Assembly (NCBI GenBank): GCA_963575745.1
Contig: CAUYUJ010000261.1
Location: forward strand, 62,001-116,169
Length of the DNA stretch: 54,169 nt
Source: Prorocentrum cordatum
Taxonomy: Eukaryota
Reading direction: 5' to 3'
Positions 22,701 to 36,062 of this stretch are shown here, in pieces. The notes beneath the pieces were generated by a model, which was not told the DNA's origin, searched no databases, and saw only the letters and a list, made by a program, of their open reading frames with translations. Within the stretch, counting starts at the first letter, position 1; each line of letters begins with the position of its first letter. The position numbers and the translations under genes were made by a program.

Positions 22701-25700
22701 ACAACAGATTTCATAAACCTAACTTTCGACGATCCGCGCGGATTTCTTGAATCGGCGCTGGGCCCGCTGGCGGCGCCTCCGGCGACGCCCCTGGCGCGCT
22801 CCGCGCACGGTGGAGGGGAGATGTCAGCGCAGATCCGAGAAGTCCGCGCGGGCCTCAGAGGTAGCCTGCTTATTCTGATTTGCTGCTCCTCCCGAGAGTT
22901 TTCCGTATGCAGCGGCACGTGTGGCTCGAGCGGGGGCCACCACCCCGAGGCGAGCGGAAGGGATTGCGGCGACCCCCTGCCCAGTTCACCGAGCGCGCTC
23001 CGCTGCTCGCAGAGTGCCCACTCGCAAGCGTCTGGAAAAAACACGTCTTCCCCTGCGTAACGGATCGAAGATCCCGCGCGGCGAGTATAGCAGGGACCCA
23101 TGCCAGGCAGCACCCTGCTCGCCTCCAGGGTGCCCTGGGTTTCTTGGGTTTCGATGGCTTCGCGATGGAAAGCGTGACGTTCCCACGCCAAAAATCCATG
23201 GGCGTCCTGGGGTCTCATGGTTGGGTCTCTCGTGGAAGCTTTCCTGTGGACTGGCCTCCACTGCAGCTGCTCTGCGAGGCGTGGAGAGCGCGCCTGCCTG
23301 CCGGTGGTGGCACTTGCCCGCCCCGTGGCGCACAGCGCTCGGTGCTCTGGCCGTCCCGCGGCCTTCGATCTCCCTGCCCCTGGAGTGGCCACGTGCGAGC
23401 CCTGCCCCCCCCGCTGCAGCCCCCCCCCCTCCCTCAGAGATCGTGGGGGGGGGGGCAGGGGGGCAGGGTTCGCATGCGGCCCCCTACGCCCCAGGACCCG
23501 CCCGCGCCCCCCCGGAGCATCCATCCGCAGCGGACGCGTCCCGCCGTCTGCACGACCGCTTGTCGGACCCAACTCGATGCAGACTGAAGCAGAAGTCTCG
23601 CAGCGCCCGGGTTCCTGTGCCAGGTCGGCCCGTGGCCCGCCGTCTGCACGACCGCTTGTTTCGAGGAGGGGGAGAAAACAAAAAAAACATGAACATAAAC
23701 TTCCGGCGCTCCGCGCGGATTGCTTGGATCTGTGCTGCCCCCCCCCCCCCCCCTGGGGCGCCTCCAGCGTCGACCCTGGCGCGCGCCGCTCGCCAGGGAG
23801 GGAGTGTCTGGCGCAGATCCAAGAAGTCCGCGCAGACCGTCAAAAGTTTATGTGTATGCCGTGCTATGTTCCTCTATTGTTGCACCCAACTCGCCGCAGA
23901 CCAACAAACGTCTCGTAGCGCAGGAGTTCGTCCAGGTCGGCCCATCTCGGTGGCAGTGCAGGCGAGGTTTGAGGTCGATGGTGGCCATTTGAGGTGCTCT
24001 CGATCGGAAAGGCCGCCGGCCCGAGGACGTGCATCCGAGCTTGAAGCGTGTGTCCGAACGCGCCCACGCTCATGAGATCGAGCGGTGTGACCTCACCCCA
24101 CACACTGAGGCCGAGCTGGGGGACACGCATTTGTTCTGTTAGCAGTGCTGCCAGCATGCGACGTCCAAGCCCCCTGGTCTTGGGACGTGTTGCCCCAGCT
24201 TGAATGTAGTGGGTTGGCAGCGAGGCGCCGTTCCCTTCAGAGGAAGCGATGATCATCGCGAACTGGCCTTGAGTGCCCGAGGTTTGGGGTGTGGGTCAGA
24301 CCCCCGAGAGCCCCTTGTAGGCAGGCTCTCGCCGCTCACTGGCCTGCGCCAGGGCTATCAGAGGTGGAGAGAACAAGACGTCGTCGTCGTCGTCCTGCTC
24401 CTCCTGCGCCACCTCCCCCGCCTCCGGTCCCCTCGGTATCCATGCTGGTTCCTCCCCCCTCCTCCTCCCTCCACACCCCTCCTTCCTCCCTCTCTTCCTC
24501 CCTCATTCCTCCCATTCCTCCTCCTCCTCCTCCTCCTCCTCCTCCTCCTCCTCCTCCTCCTAGTCCTCCTTGTCCTCCTCTTATCCTTCTCCTCAGGCAT
24601 AGGAGAAGCAGCAGGAACGGAGGACGAGGATGAGGAGGACAGGGATCGTACATGGACATTAGATTCGAACCCTGTGCCCCAAGACGCCCCCCAGACCCCC
24701 CGAAATTAATATTAATGGCGTGACGACGGGGGGGGGCGTGAGTGGACAGAAATATTCGAACCCCCACAGCACTGCCTTTGCTGAGATCAAGATTGGTGTC
24801 GGGGGCGTAGGGTGATTTAGAATCTCCCTCGAATGTGTAAGGGTTCGAATATATTGTCCATCTACGGAAGGATGGGGCCCCATTTCCCGGCCATCGGCTC
24901 ACGGCTTGGTGCAGCCCGTTTTGAGGTTTGAGGTTGGTCTCTTCCCATCGTGCATCCCCTCCGTCACTGAGGGGGTCTCCGCGGATACGTTCTCTGGCCG
25001 CATGGAGACGAGCATGATGGAGGCGCCCCGGGATGACAGGATCGATTCGCCACGGGAGCTCCGAATCGTAGCTTGAATCGCCCAGCCTTCGCATGTGTTT
25101 CATGGTTGTCCTCCGCCGCCATCAAGTCATCATCCTCTTCCTCTGCTCTCCCTCCCCTATTCCCATCATGTCGCATCCTCTCTTCTCGTCTCCTCTCATC
25201 TCTTGCCCTCTCTTCCCAAGTGTCCACGCCACGCATTGCTGCTACCGCCGCTGCCTTCATCCTCATCCACATCACTGGCCGCTGCTGACCTCGGCCGTTC
25301 GGGCGCCTGGGTGAGCGGCCGTGCCTCCCCCTTGATCTTAGGCAAGACGCAGGCGCACAAGGCGTGAAGCGTCAGCGCCTCCATTATTCTTCTTCCGCCT
25401 CCTCTCCATCATCCTTGTCATCATCCTTGGCATCCTTGTCCATCATCTTCTTCCGCCTCCTCTCCATTATCCCTCCTTCTCATCACCCCTGTCCGTCATC
25501 CACTTCCCCTGTAAGCAACTCCGCATGGTCGTACCACCAGACGTGTTGGCAGGGCGCGCTGGGCGTTTCGCCTGAGGTTTCCCCCTCATATGTGGTCCTG
25601 CAGCTCATGCACGGAAGGAGAGCGGGTTGTCTTCAACATGTAGTTCTCGTTTTCGCGTCGCGCACAGTCATCATTGAAATCATCAACACGGACACAAGGC

Positions 25701-25939
25701 AACTCATTGCTTTGATGTCGCGTTCCAGCAGTTTCACAGATGGATGGCGGCTCATTTTCACAATGGGCCTCTTCCCTTTACGCCGTGCACAGTTGCTTCT
25801 TTTCCTGAACAGCGAATGCGTTAGGGGTTACAATTCCTTGAAGTAACGTCCCGCGTTGTGTGTTGGAATTCGTCAAGCGCGTCGCCCGTGTGCCGTGTCC
25901 GTGTCGTGCCTGTGTGCCGTGCCGTCGTGTCGTATGATT

Positions 25940-26403
25940 TGCTATGTTTGTATGCATGCATGCATGCATGTTTGTATGTATGTATGCATGTATGCATGCA
26001 CATGTGCATGTATGTATGCAGACATGCATGCATGTATGTAAGTGTGTGTAGGTTGGTACGATATATGGATGCATGTATGTGTGTATATATGTGTGTATGT
26101 ATGTATGTATGCATGCATGCATGCATGTATGCATGTATGCATGTATGCATGTATGCATGTATGCATGTATACATGTATGTATATGTGTATGTGTGTATGT
26201 ATGTGTGTTTGCTTGTGTGTACGTGTATGTCTGCATGTATGTATGTAGGTAGGTAGGTCTGATATATGTAGGTAGTCATGGATGTATGTATGTATGTATG
26301 CGTATGTATGTGTGGTTGTATGCATGTGTGTCTGCACTTACGTACGCACGTGTGTATGTATGTATGTCTGTCTGTCTGTATGTATGTATGTATGTATGTA
26401 TGT

Positions 26404-26450
<47 letters not shown>

Positions 26451-26455
26451 CACAT
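25940..26455. repeat. Compound (TATG/CATG)n and (TAGA)n microsatellite
   Basis: Directly visible. Confidence 0.95.
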
Positions 26456-26775
26456 ATTCCAGAGTAAGCGGGGGGGGGGGACGGCGGACCGGGACCTTGG
26501 GTCAATATGGGGGCCCAGGACTCCAAGAGGCTTCCCAAGAGGGCTCCAGGAGGCCAAAATCGCTTCATTCCATTTGGAGTAAAAGCATGTTTAGCATGTT
26601 CGCTTCCGGCGAATTCTCACAGCGTCCGAAACGGCCGAAGGAGGCTTCAAGACGACCCCACAGGGCCTCAAGACAGGCCTAGAGGGCTCCAAGACAGTCC
26701 CAGGGGCGCCCAAAACGGCCCAACAGAGTCCCGAGAGGGCTCCACGGGAGGCCCAATACGGCCCCAAGAGAGGTT

Positions 26776-26797
26776 TCCGTAGCCATTTTGGCTCAAG
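26776..26797 (+). other. Perfect genomic copy of the 22-nt DinoSL
   Basis: TCCGTAGCCATTTTGGCTCAAG matches DCCGTAGCCATTTTGGCTCAAG exactly; not followed by GT. Confidence 0.97.
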
Positions 26798-26930
26798 TCA
26801 CGCTCGCGTGTGCTGCCGAGGACGCGCCTCGCCTGGATTTTTGCTGGTCCTTGCGTGTGCTCGGCCTGACACTCGATGCGCGCACGCTGCGCACGTTGAA
26901 ACAGGTCGGAGGGCGGCATTGGCGAAAGAT

Positions 26931-27263
26931 ATGTCCGCCAATTTGTCTGCGTGCGAAGCCAAACTGAAGGGCAATACGTTTGACATTTTGTGGAACGGAA
27001 CTCCTTCCTTCAATGTGTACTTCAACTTCAGAGAGGACGGTACGGTGAGCTCCAACCAAACCATGTTCGACGGGCAGCCATGGAAAGCACTGAACGGTAA
27101 GCAGTTCGCGTTGACGAGGAAGAACCTCTCCGACGTGGTGTGGGAGTTCACAGACGGGACGGGGACAGAGGCTTTTCGTACAGACAAGAAGCTCATCGGC
27201 ATGCGATTGAAAACTCCCAGCCGCACGCGGCTGAAATCTCCCAGTCCCGCTCGCAAGCTGTGA
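26931..27263 (+). CDS. Intronless 110-aa retrogene, unknown small beta-rich protein with basic S/T-P tail
   Basis: MSANLSACEAKLKGNTFDILWNG...YFNFREDGTVSS...KTPSRTRLKSPSPARKL*; non-repetitive, protein-like, 133 nt downstream of a perfect SL. Confidence 0.8.
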   Translation: MSANLSACEAKLKGNTFDILWNGTPSFNVYFNFREDGTVSSNQTMFDGQPWKALNGKQFALTRKNLSDVVWEFTDGTGTEAFRTDKKLIGMRLKTPSRTRLKSPSPARKL

Positions 27264-28049
27264 AGAAATCGTGCGAGTGCTCGACGTGGCAAGACCGGCG
27301 CTGAGATTATCTGGAGCGTCGTAGACTTCGATGGGCAAGACGCTGTCTCCGCCTTGAGTGCGCTAGGAGGGGGTGGACAAAGTAGGCAAGGCGGGGGAGG
27401 GATATTATAAGGGACAGGATCTTGTTGCAATTCCAGGCGATCGCAAGCATGGATTAAGGGGTCGTGGATTAGCGACGGGTCCCGTTTCCATGGAAGCCGC
27501 GGGTTTCCGCCGCCGAGCGAGGCGGCACCGGCCGCATTTTGAGGAGGGCACCTCCCCCGACCCATGGATTTGGCAACCGCGCCCAACCCAAGGATCGCTA
27601 ATCCATGTTTGCGCGCCCCCGACAATTGGGCTTCGCAGTGCTGCGACTACGGAAATCTCCAGCCCGGCGTCATTCGGGCCGTGTCGTCGCACTTGTTGCC
27701 AATGTGATGTCGCCGCCTCTTTCTCCCATGGTCTCCGCGTCCTCCTTCCCTGCCACGTTATATATGATCGCGGGCTCAGGGCCCAGGGTCCCAGATGGGA
27801 TGGGTCCCAGGGTCCTCGGCCCCCCCCCCCCCCCAGATGGGATGGGGGGGGGAGGAGTAGGAGGAGGAGGAGGAGGAGGAGGAGAGGAGGAGGAGGAGGA
27901 GGAGGAGGAGGAGGAGGAGGAGGAGGAGGAGGACGACGACGACGAAGACACCGTCCGCTCCGCTCCGGCTCCCTGAAGCACCGGAACACAACGCCACACC
28001 CAGAAGGAGGCGACGACGGTGAAGACACCGTCGACGACGATATTCCTGG

Positions 28050-28112
<63 letters not shown>

Positions 28113-28899
28113 ACGACGGCGGCGGCGGCGCCAGCGACGCCGACTCTGGGCTCAGGCGGACCCCTAACCATCGCACACCTACAGGGGGGACCCCACACCA
28201 CTCCCACAGGGGGGGGGCCACCACGCCACGCCCACGCCCACAGGGGGGGGGCCATCGCGCGGGGGGGGGGGCCCGATGGCATTAGCATTGGAGGGGGGGG
28301 GCTAAACCCTCGACCATCTATCACACCTTCTTAAAGTCACCGCCCACCAAACCACCCCAACCCAACCCGAAGTCGATTTGCTCTTCATTTCCAGTTGGGC
28401 GGGGTCAGGGGGCATTGAAAAAACACGTGCGGAACCCGTACCCCCGCCCAACCCGAAATTCGGGTCTTCGGGTCAGGTTGGGGTTGTCTGGTAGGCTTTC
28501 AAAAAGACACCCAGCTATTGTGGCCATGCGTTTCGCAAGTGTTGGGCACGTCGAGAGGGCAATTCTCCTAGGCCGCAGCTCCTTGCGCGAGCTTGCCTGT
28601 GTGGCAGTTCGGCTCGTGTGGCGTGCCCGTTCTGCCTGGAAACCTTCTGCTCCACGCCGCGGTGAGGCTCCGTGCTCCGGCGCTCGTCGCCTCCTCTCCC
28701 TCCGAAAGAAGAACAGCAACAACCAGGAGACTGTTTTTATCAGGGTCCGGCGATAACCCGCGTTGTCGGGCTTGCCTCTCCCCCACCCAAAGATAACCTA
28801 ACCTTGCCGGTTGTGCAGGTCCGGGGTGGGGGGGGGCGCGGGCATATGCAGGGCTGCCCACGGCGCGAAGGTTAGCTTATCGGCTGGGGAACAACAAGA

Positions 28900-29750
28900 A
28901 CCGGCCCCAAGAGAGGTCGTGGGGCAGTATCTTGAGGGGTGTGGTTCCCAGCGTGCCCCCAAGACCTTCTGGGAGGCCCCAGGAGCGCTCCCAAGAAGCC
29001 CTCGGAAGCTCCCGCGCGACCCCTCAGGAGGCACTGAAAGGCCCCCAAGAGGCTTTGCATAGGCTTCCAGGGCCGAGACGATCCAACGTTGCGTTTGGGG
29101 CGCTCTGGCGCCACTGGAGATGTCCCCAGACCGTCCCAGGACGTGCCAAGAGGCCCCAAGAGGCCCCCAAGAGGTCTCCAAGGAGTCACCCCCAGGGGCC
29201 CCGGGGGGCAAAAATCACCCAATTGCTTTTGGGAAAGATGCATTCTCAGCATCTTCGCTTTTTCAGTTTTGACAGCTTCTAAGACGGCCCACGAGGCGCC
29301 CAAGGAGGCTCCAAGACCGCTTAGGAGGCTCCAAGCACGGCCCAAGAGGGCCCTAAGACGGTCCAAGGGAGCTCCAAGATAGCTTCAAGAGCGTGCCAAA
29401 ACGGGTCGTGGGGCACTATCTTGAGGGCGTGGCTCCCAACATCACCCAACACCTTCCACAGGAAGCTTCGAGGACGCTTCCAAGAGGCCCACCCGAGAGA
29501 CCCCGAAATCGCCCCCTGGATTCCCCGAGAGACCCTCACGAGGGCCGAAGAGGCTCCCTGGATGCTTTCAGGAGGCTGCCAGGAGGCTTCCCCAGAGGCC
29601 CCCCCAAAGCGTATGAGACATCTCGCGTCCGCATTTTGCATCAGCGTGCCCATTGAGGCATTCGGAGGCCCCCAACTCACGATCCATCTCAGGGCTTCAA
29701 GAGGTTTCTAAGAAACTCGCCGCGAGGCCCCGAGAGGCGCCCAAGACGCC
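28900..29750. repeat. Dispersed GCCCCAAGAG-type degenerate repeat family (also ~26510-26770, 30580-31110; inverted at ~18900-19170, 51200-51480, 52420-52940)
   Basis: Recurrent ~11-nt GGCCCCAAGAG / CTCTTGGGGCC modules. Confidence 0.75.
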
Positions 29751-31883
29751 TCGATCTCACGATCCAGGTAGGACGGCGGGAGACGAACCTTGGCTCCCAC
29801 CAGGGCCGCACGTGAAACTTCATCCCTCTGGGGCACGATCCGTGCGATGGGTGTGCCGATATGTGGATACGGGGGGGGGGGGGGGCGCCATGCAAACTTT
29901 GTCCCTGGACCCGAGAATGAAGCTCACGGGGGGGCACGATCCGTGAGGGAGGGCCGTGCCGAAATTGGTGGGGGGACGCTTTGTGAACCCTGGCTTTCAC
30001 TGGGGCCGCAAATCTCGGCTCAATCCGCGTGATTGGCACCTTCTCGTTTCCAGTTCAGACCATGTGTGGGTCACTACTTCAGTGGAGCTGTGACCGAATC
30101 GCACCACCCAGTGAATGTTGATGGTGATGAGGGAGGAAGGAGGAGGAAGGAGGAGAAGCAGGTCATTCAGAACCTCGCAGGTATCTCAGAATCTCTGCAC
30201 CCGGCTCGCATCGGAAAGAGGGAGAACGCAGGGCACGGGGCACACGGGAACGCCGGGGCCCGGCGAGGGCCCCCAGACGCCCCGCATAGATGCCGGGGTG
30301 ACAGGGGCCCGGGGCCCGGGCCGGGACACCCTCTTTTTTTTGTTTTTCTCTTTCGGTAGGTGGATCTCTCAAGCTCGCCGCCGCCTCTGACAGTGTGCGA
30401 TGCGAGCAGAAACACAGCAAAGCCACAGGAAAACGCGGCATTGACAGTGTACCTCCGCACACGTCAACATGTGTCACGTGTGCGGACCTACATTGTCAAT
30501 GCCGGGACTTCCCCCACGACATGTTTGACCCTTTCCGAGGCTTCCCGGGCCTCCCCCCCGCCGTTCAAAGCAGTGCAGGAGGCCACCAAAAAGCGGCCAG
30601 AGCGGCCTGACAGGGCCGAAAACGCCCGAATGTTGTTTCAAGGCTGCTCAAGAGGCCCCGAAGACGTCGAAGGCTCAAAGATGCGCCCCAAGAGGGTCCG
30701 GGTAGGCCAAAATTGTTGAATCCCCTGGGGGGGAAGGTGCATGCTTAGATATGTTTAGCATATTAGCATTTTGGATTTGAGTAGCGTCCAAAACGGCCTA
30801 AGAGGTCCAACAGATCGCCACAAGACGGCCCAAGAGGCCTCCAAGAGGGCCCCAGGACGGCCCAAGAGAGCGCCAAGACCGTCCAAGAGGCCTCCAAGAG
30901 AGCCCCAGGACGGCCCAAGAGAGCCCCGAGAAGGTCCAAGAGGCGCTTAAGAAGGCCCAAAAGGGCCCCAAGAGGAGTCCGAGAGGGGGAACTCCAACTG
31001 ACATATCGAGCTCTCTGCCACGAGTGGGCCACCGAGGCCGCAGCAGGCCCCCAAGAGGCCCCAAAAGAGGCCCCCAAAGGCTCCCACAGGGCCCACATGA
31101 GGCCACGAGATGCTTCAAGGGTTCAACACTCGCTCCACGAGGCGCCCGAGAAGCATGCCAAGAGACCCCGAATCACAGGTACCCGAGGACCCTCTGGCCC
31201 ACAACTCAGGGACAGTAGCCGTATGGGCCGAAAGCGATAGATAAGTAAGCAATTGGTTTGGCGACGGACCCATCCTTTTGCAGCCATGTGTCGCGCAGGG
31301 CGCGGGCCTCTCTTCATACATTGCGCGCCGCCGGGCAATGTGCGAAGACGACTGTTGCGGAGCACGCGTGAAGGGTGTGCCGAATCATTCGGATGCCCCC
31401 ACGCGAAGGCGCCCTCTGAGGCCGCAGATGAGCCTCCTCCAGGCACGAGCCGTGCGGGGCATGTTCTTAAATGGGCGGGGGGACGCCATGCGAAGCTGCA
31501 CATTGGTGCCATAGGTGGAGCTCCTTATGGGGCATAGTTCGCGTGACGGGTGTGCCGACATGGGCGGGGAAGCGCTGTACGAGCCTTGTCTTCGTGCCTT
31601 TAGGTTGCGCTCCTCGTGGGCACGATCCGCGTGATGAGGTGTGCCGCAATGGCCAGGGGGGGCGCAGCGCGAACCCTGCCTCTGGGGCCGCAGGTGAGGA
31701 TCCTTTTAGGCCACGATCCGTGTGAGAGGTGGCCAAAGTAGACGGGAGGGCGGGATGCGAACCTTGTCTCTGGGGCCGTCCGTGGAAGTCTTTGCGGACC
31801 ACGATCCGTGTGAGATGTGTGCCGAAATGAGCGGGGCGACGCTGTGAAGCTTTGCCCTGATGCCGCAGATGCAGCTACTTTCA

Positions 31884-32067
31884 GTATCGTTTAACCGATC
31901 CCCATCCCCATCCCCGTTCCCTTCGAGACCCCCACCAAATTACCACCCCAGTTGGGGATACACTCCTCGAAACCCGAAGAGAACGACCTATATCCCCATC
32001 TAGGGGGGTAAATCGGCCAGCGGGGCCCAGGCCACGCCGCTGGGGATGGGGATCGGTTAAACGATAC
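31884..32067. mobile_element. MITE family B (184 bp), perfect 27-bp TIR, TCA direct repeats
   Basis: GTATCGTTTAACCGATCCCCATCCCCA ... TGGGGATGGGGATCGGTTAAACGATAC; TCA on both sides. Confidence 0.92.
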
Positions 32068-35000
32068 TCATATTTGCGGTGCACGATCCGCGCGAGGGAG
32101 TGCCACTGTGCGAACCCTGTCTCCGGGGACGTGGGTTGAGCTCCCAGTGGGCCGAGATTCTTGTGATGGTGTGTGCCGACAAGGGGGGCGGGAGGACGCT
32201 GGCCCGGCCTGTCTCTGGGGCCGCAGGCGGGGCTCCTTGAGGGGCACGGCCCATGCGACAATATATGTCTTGCGATATCGGACACTTGGGACTACTACTG
32301 GAGCTTGCGAGATTGTATGCGAGCGCGAAGCGCGGGCGTGGTTCTAGCTTTTATATATATATATATATACACATATATACATATATACACACATTATATA
32401 TGTATCTGTGTATATATATACAAACATACATATAGATTTATATATGGATTCCCCGAACAGTGCGTGCATTTAGGGGTTCTTCATTCTTTTCTAAGGAAGG
32501 GGGCCTGCGGACCGCCATGCGGCCGCCTCGTCGCCGCCCGTCGCCTGGGGCCGCTCTGGCCGCCGTGTGGCCGCCGTCGCCGCCTCTCCGCCGCTTCGTC
32601 GCCGCCTCGTCGCCTCGTCGCCGCACGCTTTGCATTGCTTCGCAGTGCGTTGCGTTGCTTGGCATTGCTTGGCACTGCTCTGCACTGTTTTTCCTTGATT
32701 TGCATTGCTTGGCACTGATTGGCACTGCTGTGCATTACCCTGCTTTGCTTTGCATTGCTCTTCCCTGATTCGCATTGCGTCAGGTTGCTTCACCTGGCTT
32801 TTCATTGCATTGCACTGCCTTGCGGTGTTGTGCAATGCTTTACCCTGTTGCGCGTTGCTTTACACTGCTTTGCATTGGTTTGCATTGGCTGGCTTTGCTT
32901 CGCATTGCTTTACGTTGCGTTGCGTTGCTTTGTGCCACATGGATCGCACCAACCGGATTACACCACATTGAGTGCACAACCTCGGCTTGACCACATAGAT
33001 TGCAATGATTCACTGTTCAGGGCCTATACTGGTCAGTACATACAGTTATATATATGTATATATATCTACACGTATACATGTATGTGTGTATACAAATATA
33101 CGGATGTGTGCATGTATGTCTGTGGAGATGTATAAGTATATATATGTATAGTATATGTATACACATGCACACACATGTAGAGCTACGTCGTAGCCCCTCA
33201 CCAAGATCTACCTGAGACCTGTTTTCTTAGGACATATGTGTGAAGGCATCTGCCCCCCCGAGCTCTCTTTCGGCAATCCCCTCTTCGAGCTCGTGCTTGG
33301 ACGCCGACTGGGGGGGAGCGGAGGAGCGGGAGAGCGGGTCATCGGGCGAGCGGGCGAGCGCACCAGTTCGGACCAGGCCTGGTCCACGGGCGCAGGATAC
33401 GAGTTCCCATCTGGCCGCACCTCTCCGGCCGGAGGGGCCGCACACACATGGCAGGGTTGGCCAAACTCGCAGGCCCAGAGGTTGACACCAACACCAACAT
33501 CGGCGTTGTGCCTCCACCGACGGACGAAGCTCCCGATCTCTGTAATAATGGCAATATTCTAGCTTCCAAGGTGACCGAACTATTACCACCAACACCGAAC
33601 TCGAGGATCATCTCCCCCATGTGGAGACAACCCCCTGTCTTGGTATTGGTGCCCATCTTCAGGCCTCCACCAGAAGCCTCTCCCCCTGGCGCGGCCGAAA
33701 AGGACCCCGGGTGGACACTGTGGCGGGGCTTGGCGATCGGGGTGTGGCACACCCTGTCTGCACACCCGAAACGGAAAGAGACTCTGGCTTTCAGCACGCT
33801 TTGGCATGCACGCCTCGGAGCCCGTAGAAAGGGAGGCGCCGCGCTGGGGCAGCCCCCCTCGGCGGTTCGTGCCTGGTCTCTGGGGAACAAGTTGCCAGGT
33901 GTTCGCGCAGCGTGCGACAACAAGTTGCGGGTGGGCGGGGTCGATGTTTGAACGAGCATTGGAGGTGGTCACGCGCGCATGCCAGCAAGGCGAATTGCAA
34001 AACGTACATTGCACGACGCAAGTTGTACCGCACTGGTTGCATCGCGTAGCTTGCATGACGCAGAGTGCACCTCGAGAGTAAACGAACCCACTGTTCGGGG
34101 CCCACGCTGGCAAGCATGCTTGGTACTCACATTTGTTCTAGATGCCCGTGGACGGCGTGACGCCTGGACGGCGTGTCGTGGCATGACGCCGTGACGCCTC
34201 CCCGGTGGGGCTCGGCGAGACGGTGCCCTCGGGGACATTCAGTGATCCGCTGGGCCTGGCGGTCGCGGTATGCAGGACTGGCGAGGCGGGCTGTCCAGGA
34301 ACAATTCGGGACTATTTGGTCCTGGCCGCCGCGGTATTCAAGGCTGGAGGGCGGGCTGTTCTTAACATCTAACAGCCCCAGCCTGCTGGGTGAGAAATAT
34401 AATTGGATATCCGACGTGTTTTCGGAATCGCACGGACAATGCCGCGATTTGCGGAGGCGCCCCTCGTATTGGTCGGGGCCTCGTCGTGTTCCACAGGGTG
34501 CCCTCTCTTCCTCTCCTCCCCTTTGTCCCCTGTTCCCGATTCCACCGTCCCGCCTTCCAGCTCTGCAAGTTGCTAGCAGCCTGTAGTCGTCTGAGCAACA
34601 TGTTCTCACGAGTTTCCTGGTCCTCTTCCTCTTTTCCTCCTCCACACCTCCCCAACAGGCGGTCGTAATGCTCTTCTGGGCGTCCACTCAGTGCATCCAG
34701 GGTCTCGCGCTGGAGCATCGCGCTGCCACATCACACCACGGGCACGGCGGCTTGTCGATACATGGCCTCTTGAATCACCTAGGCGAGCTGGGGAGCATGC
34801 GGAAAGGGGGCCCAGCTGGCGACGACGATGACGACGACGAGGGCGGTTGAGGCGCTGACAGCGACGACGAAGACAAGGACGATGATAAGGACGCCGAGGA
34901 GGACGTGGACGATGAGGAAAAGGGCGGGAAGAGGGAAAGAGAGGGAGAGACGGGAGAGGAGAGAGAGAGAGAGAGAGAGAGACAGATAGAGAGTGGGGAT

Positions 35001-35289
35001 AGAGAGAGAGGGAGTTAGCGAGAGTCAGCGAGAGAGAGAGAGAGAGAGAGAGACAGGAGGATCAGGGAGGCAAGGCATTGAGTTGAGCGTTTGGCCCATC
35101 GCCCAGTCAGCGGCGAGTTCGTTGGTTTCAGTGGCGTCGGGAAGATTTCTTGATTATTGATGTTTTGCATATCTCCGCCAGCCCACACAGAATTGATGCC
35201 CAGGGGAGGTGTCGAGAGGGACGTCGAGAAGCATACAGTGGAGCAAGACCTTTTTGCAACTGCGCCATTCAATAACCTCCTCTTCCGTT

Positions 35290-35598
35290 CCCACTACAGC
35301 TCCCACTACTGCTCCCAGTACAGCTCCCAGTGCAGTTCCCTCCCAACACAGCTCCCGCTACATCTACCAGCCAGTACAGGTCCAACTACAGCTCCCAGTA
35401 CAGCTTCCACTACAGCTCCCAGTACAGCTCCCCCACTACAGCTCCCGCTACAGCTACCACTACAGCTCCCACTACAGCTCCCAGTGCAGGTACCCCCCCA
35501 CTACAGCTCCCAGTCCAGGTCCCATTACAGCTCCCAGTAAAGCTCCCTCTGCAGCTCCCAGAACAGGTCCCGCTACAGCTCCCAGTGCAGCTCCCATC
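35290..35598. repeat. 12-bp minisatellite (CTACAGCTCCCA)n
   Basis: Directly visible. Confidence 0.92.
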
Positions 35599-35973
35599 CT
35601 AACGCTTGCTACACTTCCCTCACGGATTGAGGGCCTTCTCGCCAGCCTTGGTGGGGGTGCTTGACAATGGAGCTCTGACCACCGTCTCAGCGCAGCTTTC
35701 GCTGTAAGCTCACACGGGGCCGGGTACAAGGTTGGTGCATGGCGCATGCGTGTCCCTTGTGCCCCCCCCCTCGGGGCCGGCGACGGGCTCCTCGCTCCGT
35801 GAGCGCCAACCTGTCGGACACGGGGCCGGGCAAAGGGTTGGTGCGCTGTGAAGTGCAACCGGTGGACCCAGACCCGTCACGGGGCCGGGTTGCAGATTGC
35901 TCTGTTGTTGTTGTTGTTGCTGTTGTTGTAGTTGTAGCTCTAGTTGTAGTTGTAGTTGTAGTTGTAGTTGTAG

Positions 35974-36062
<89 letters not shown>

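Noticed and set aside
26776..26860. SL RNA gene
   Set aside because: The SL is followed by TCACG, not a GT donor and SL intron; a UTR and ORF follow, fitting a retroposed mRNA.
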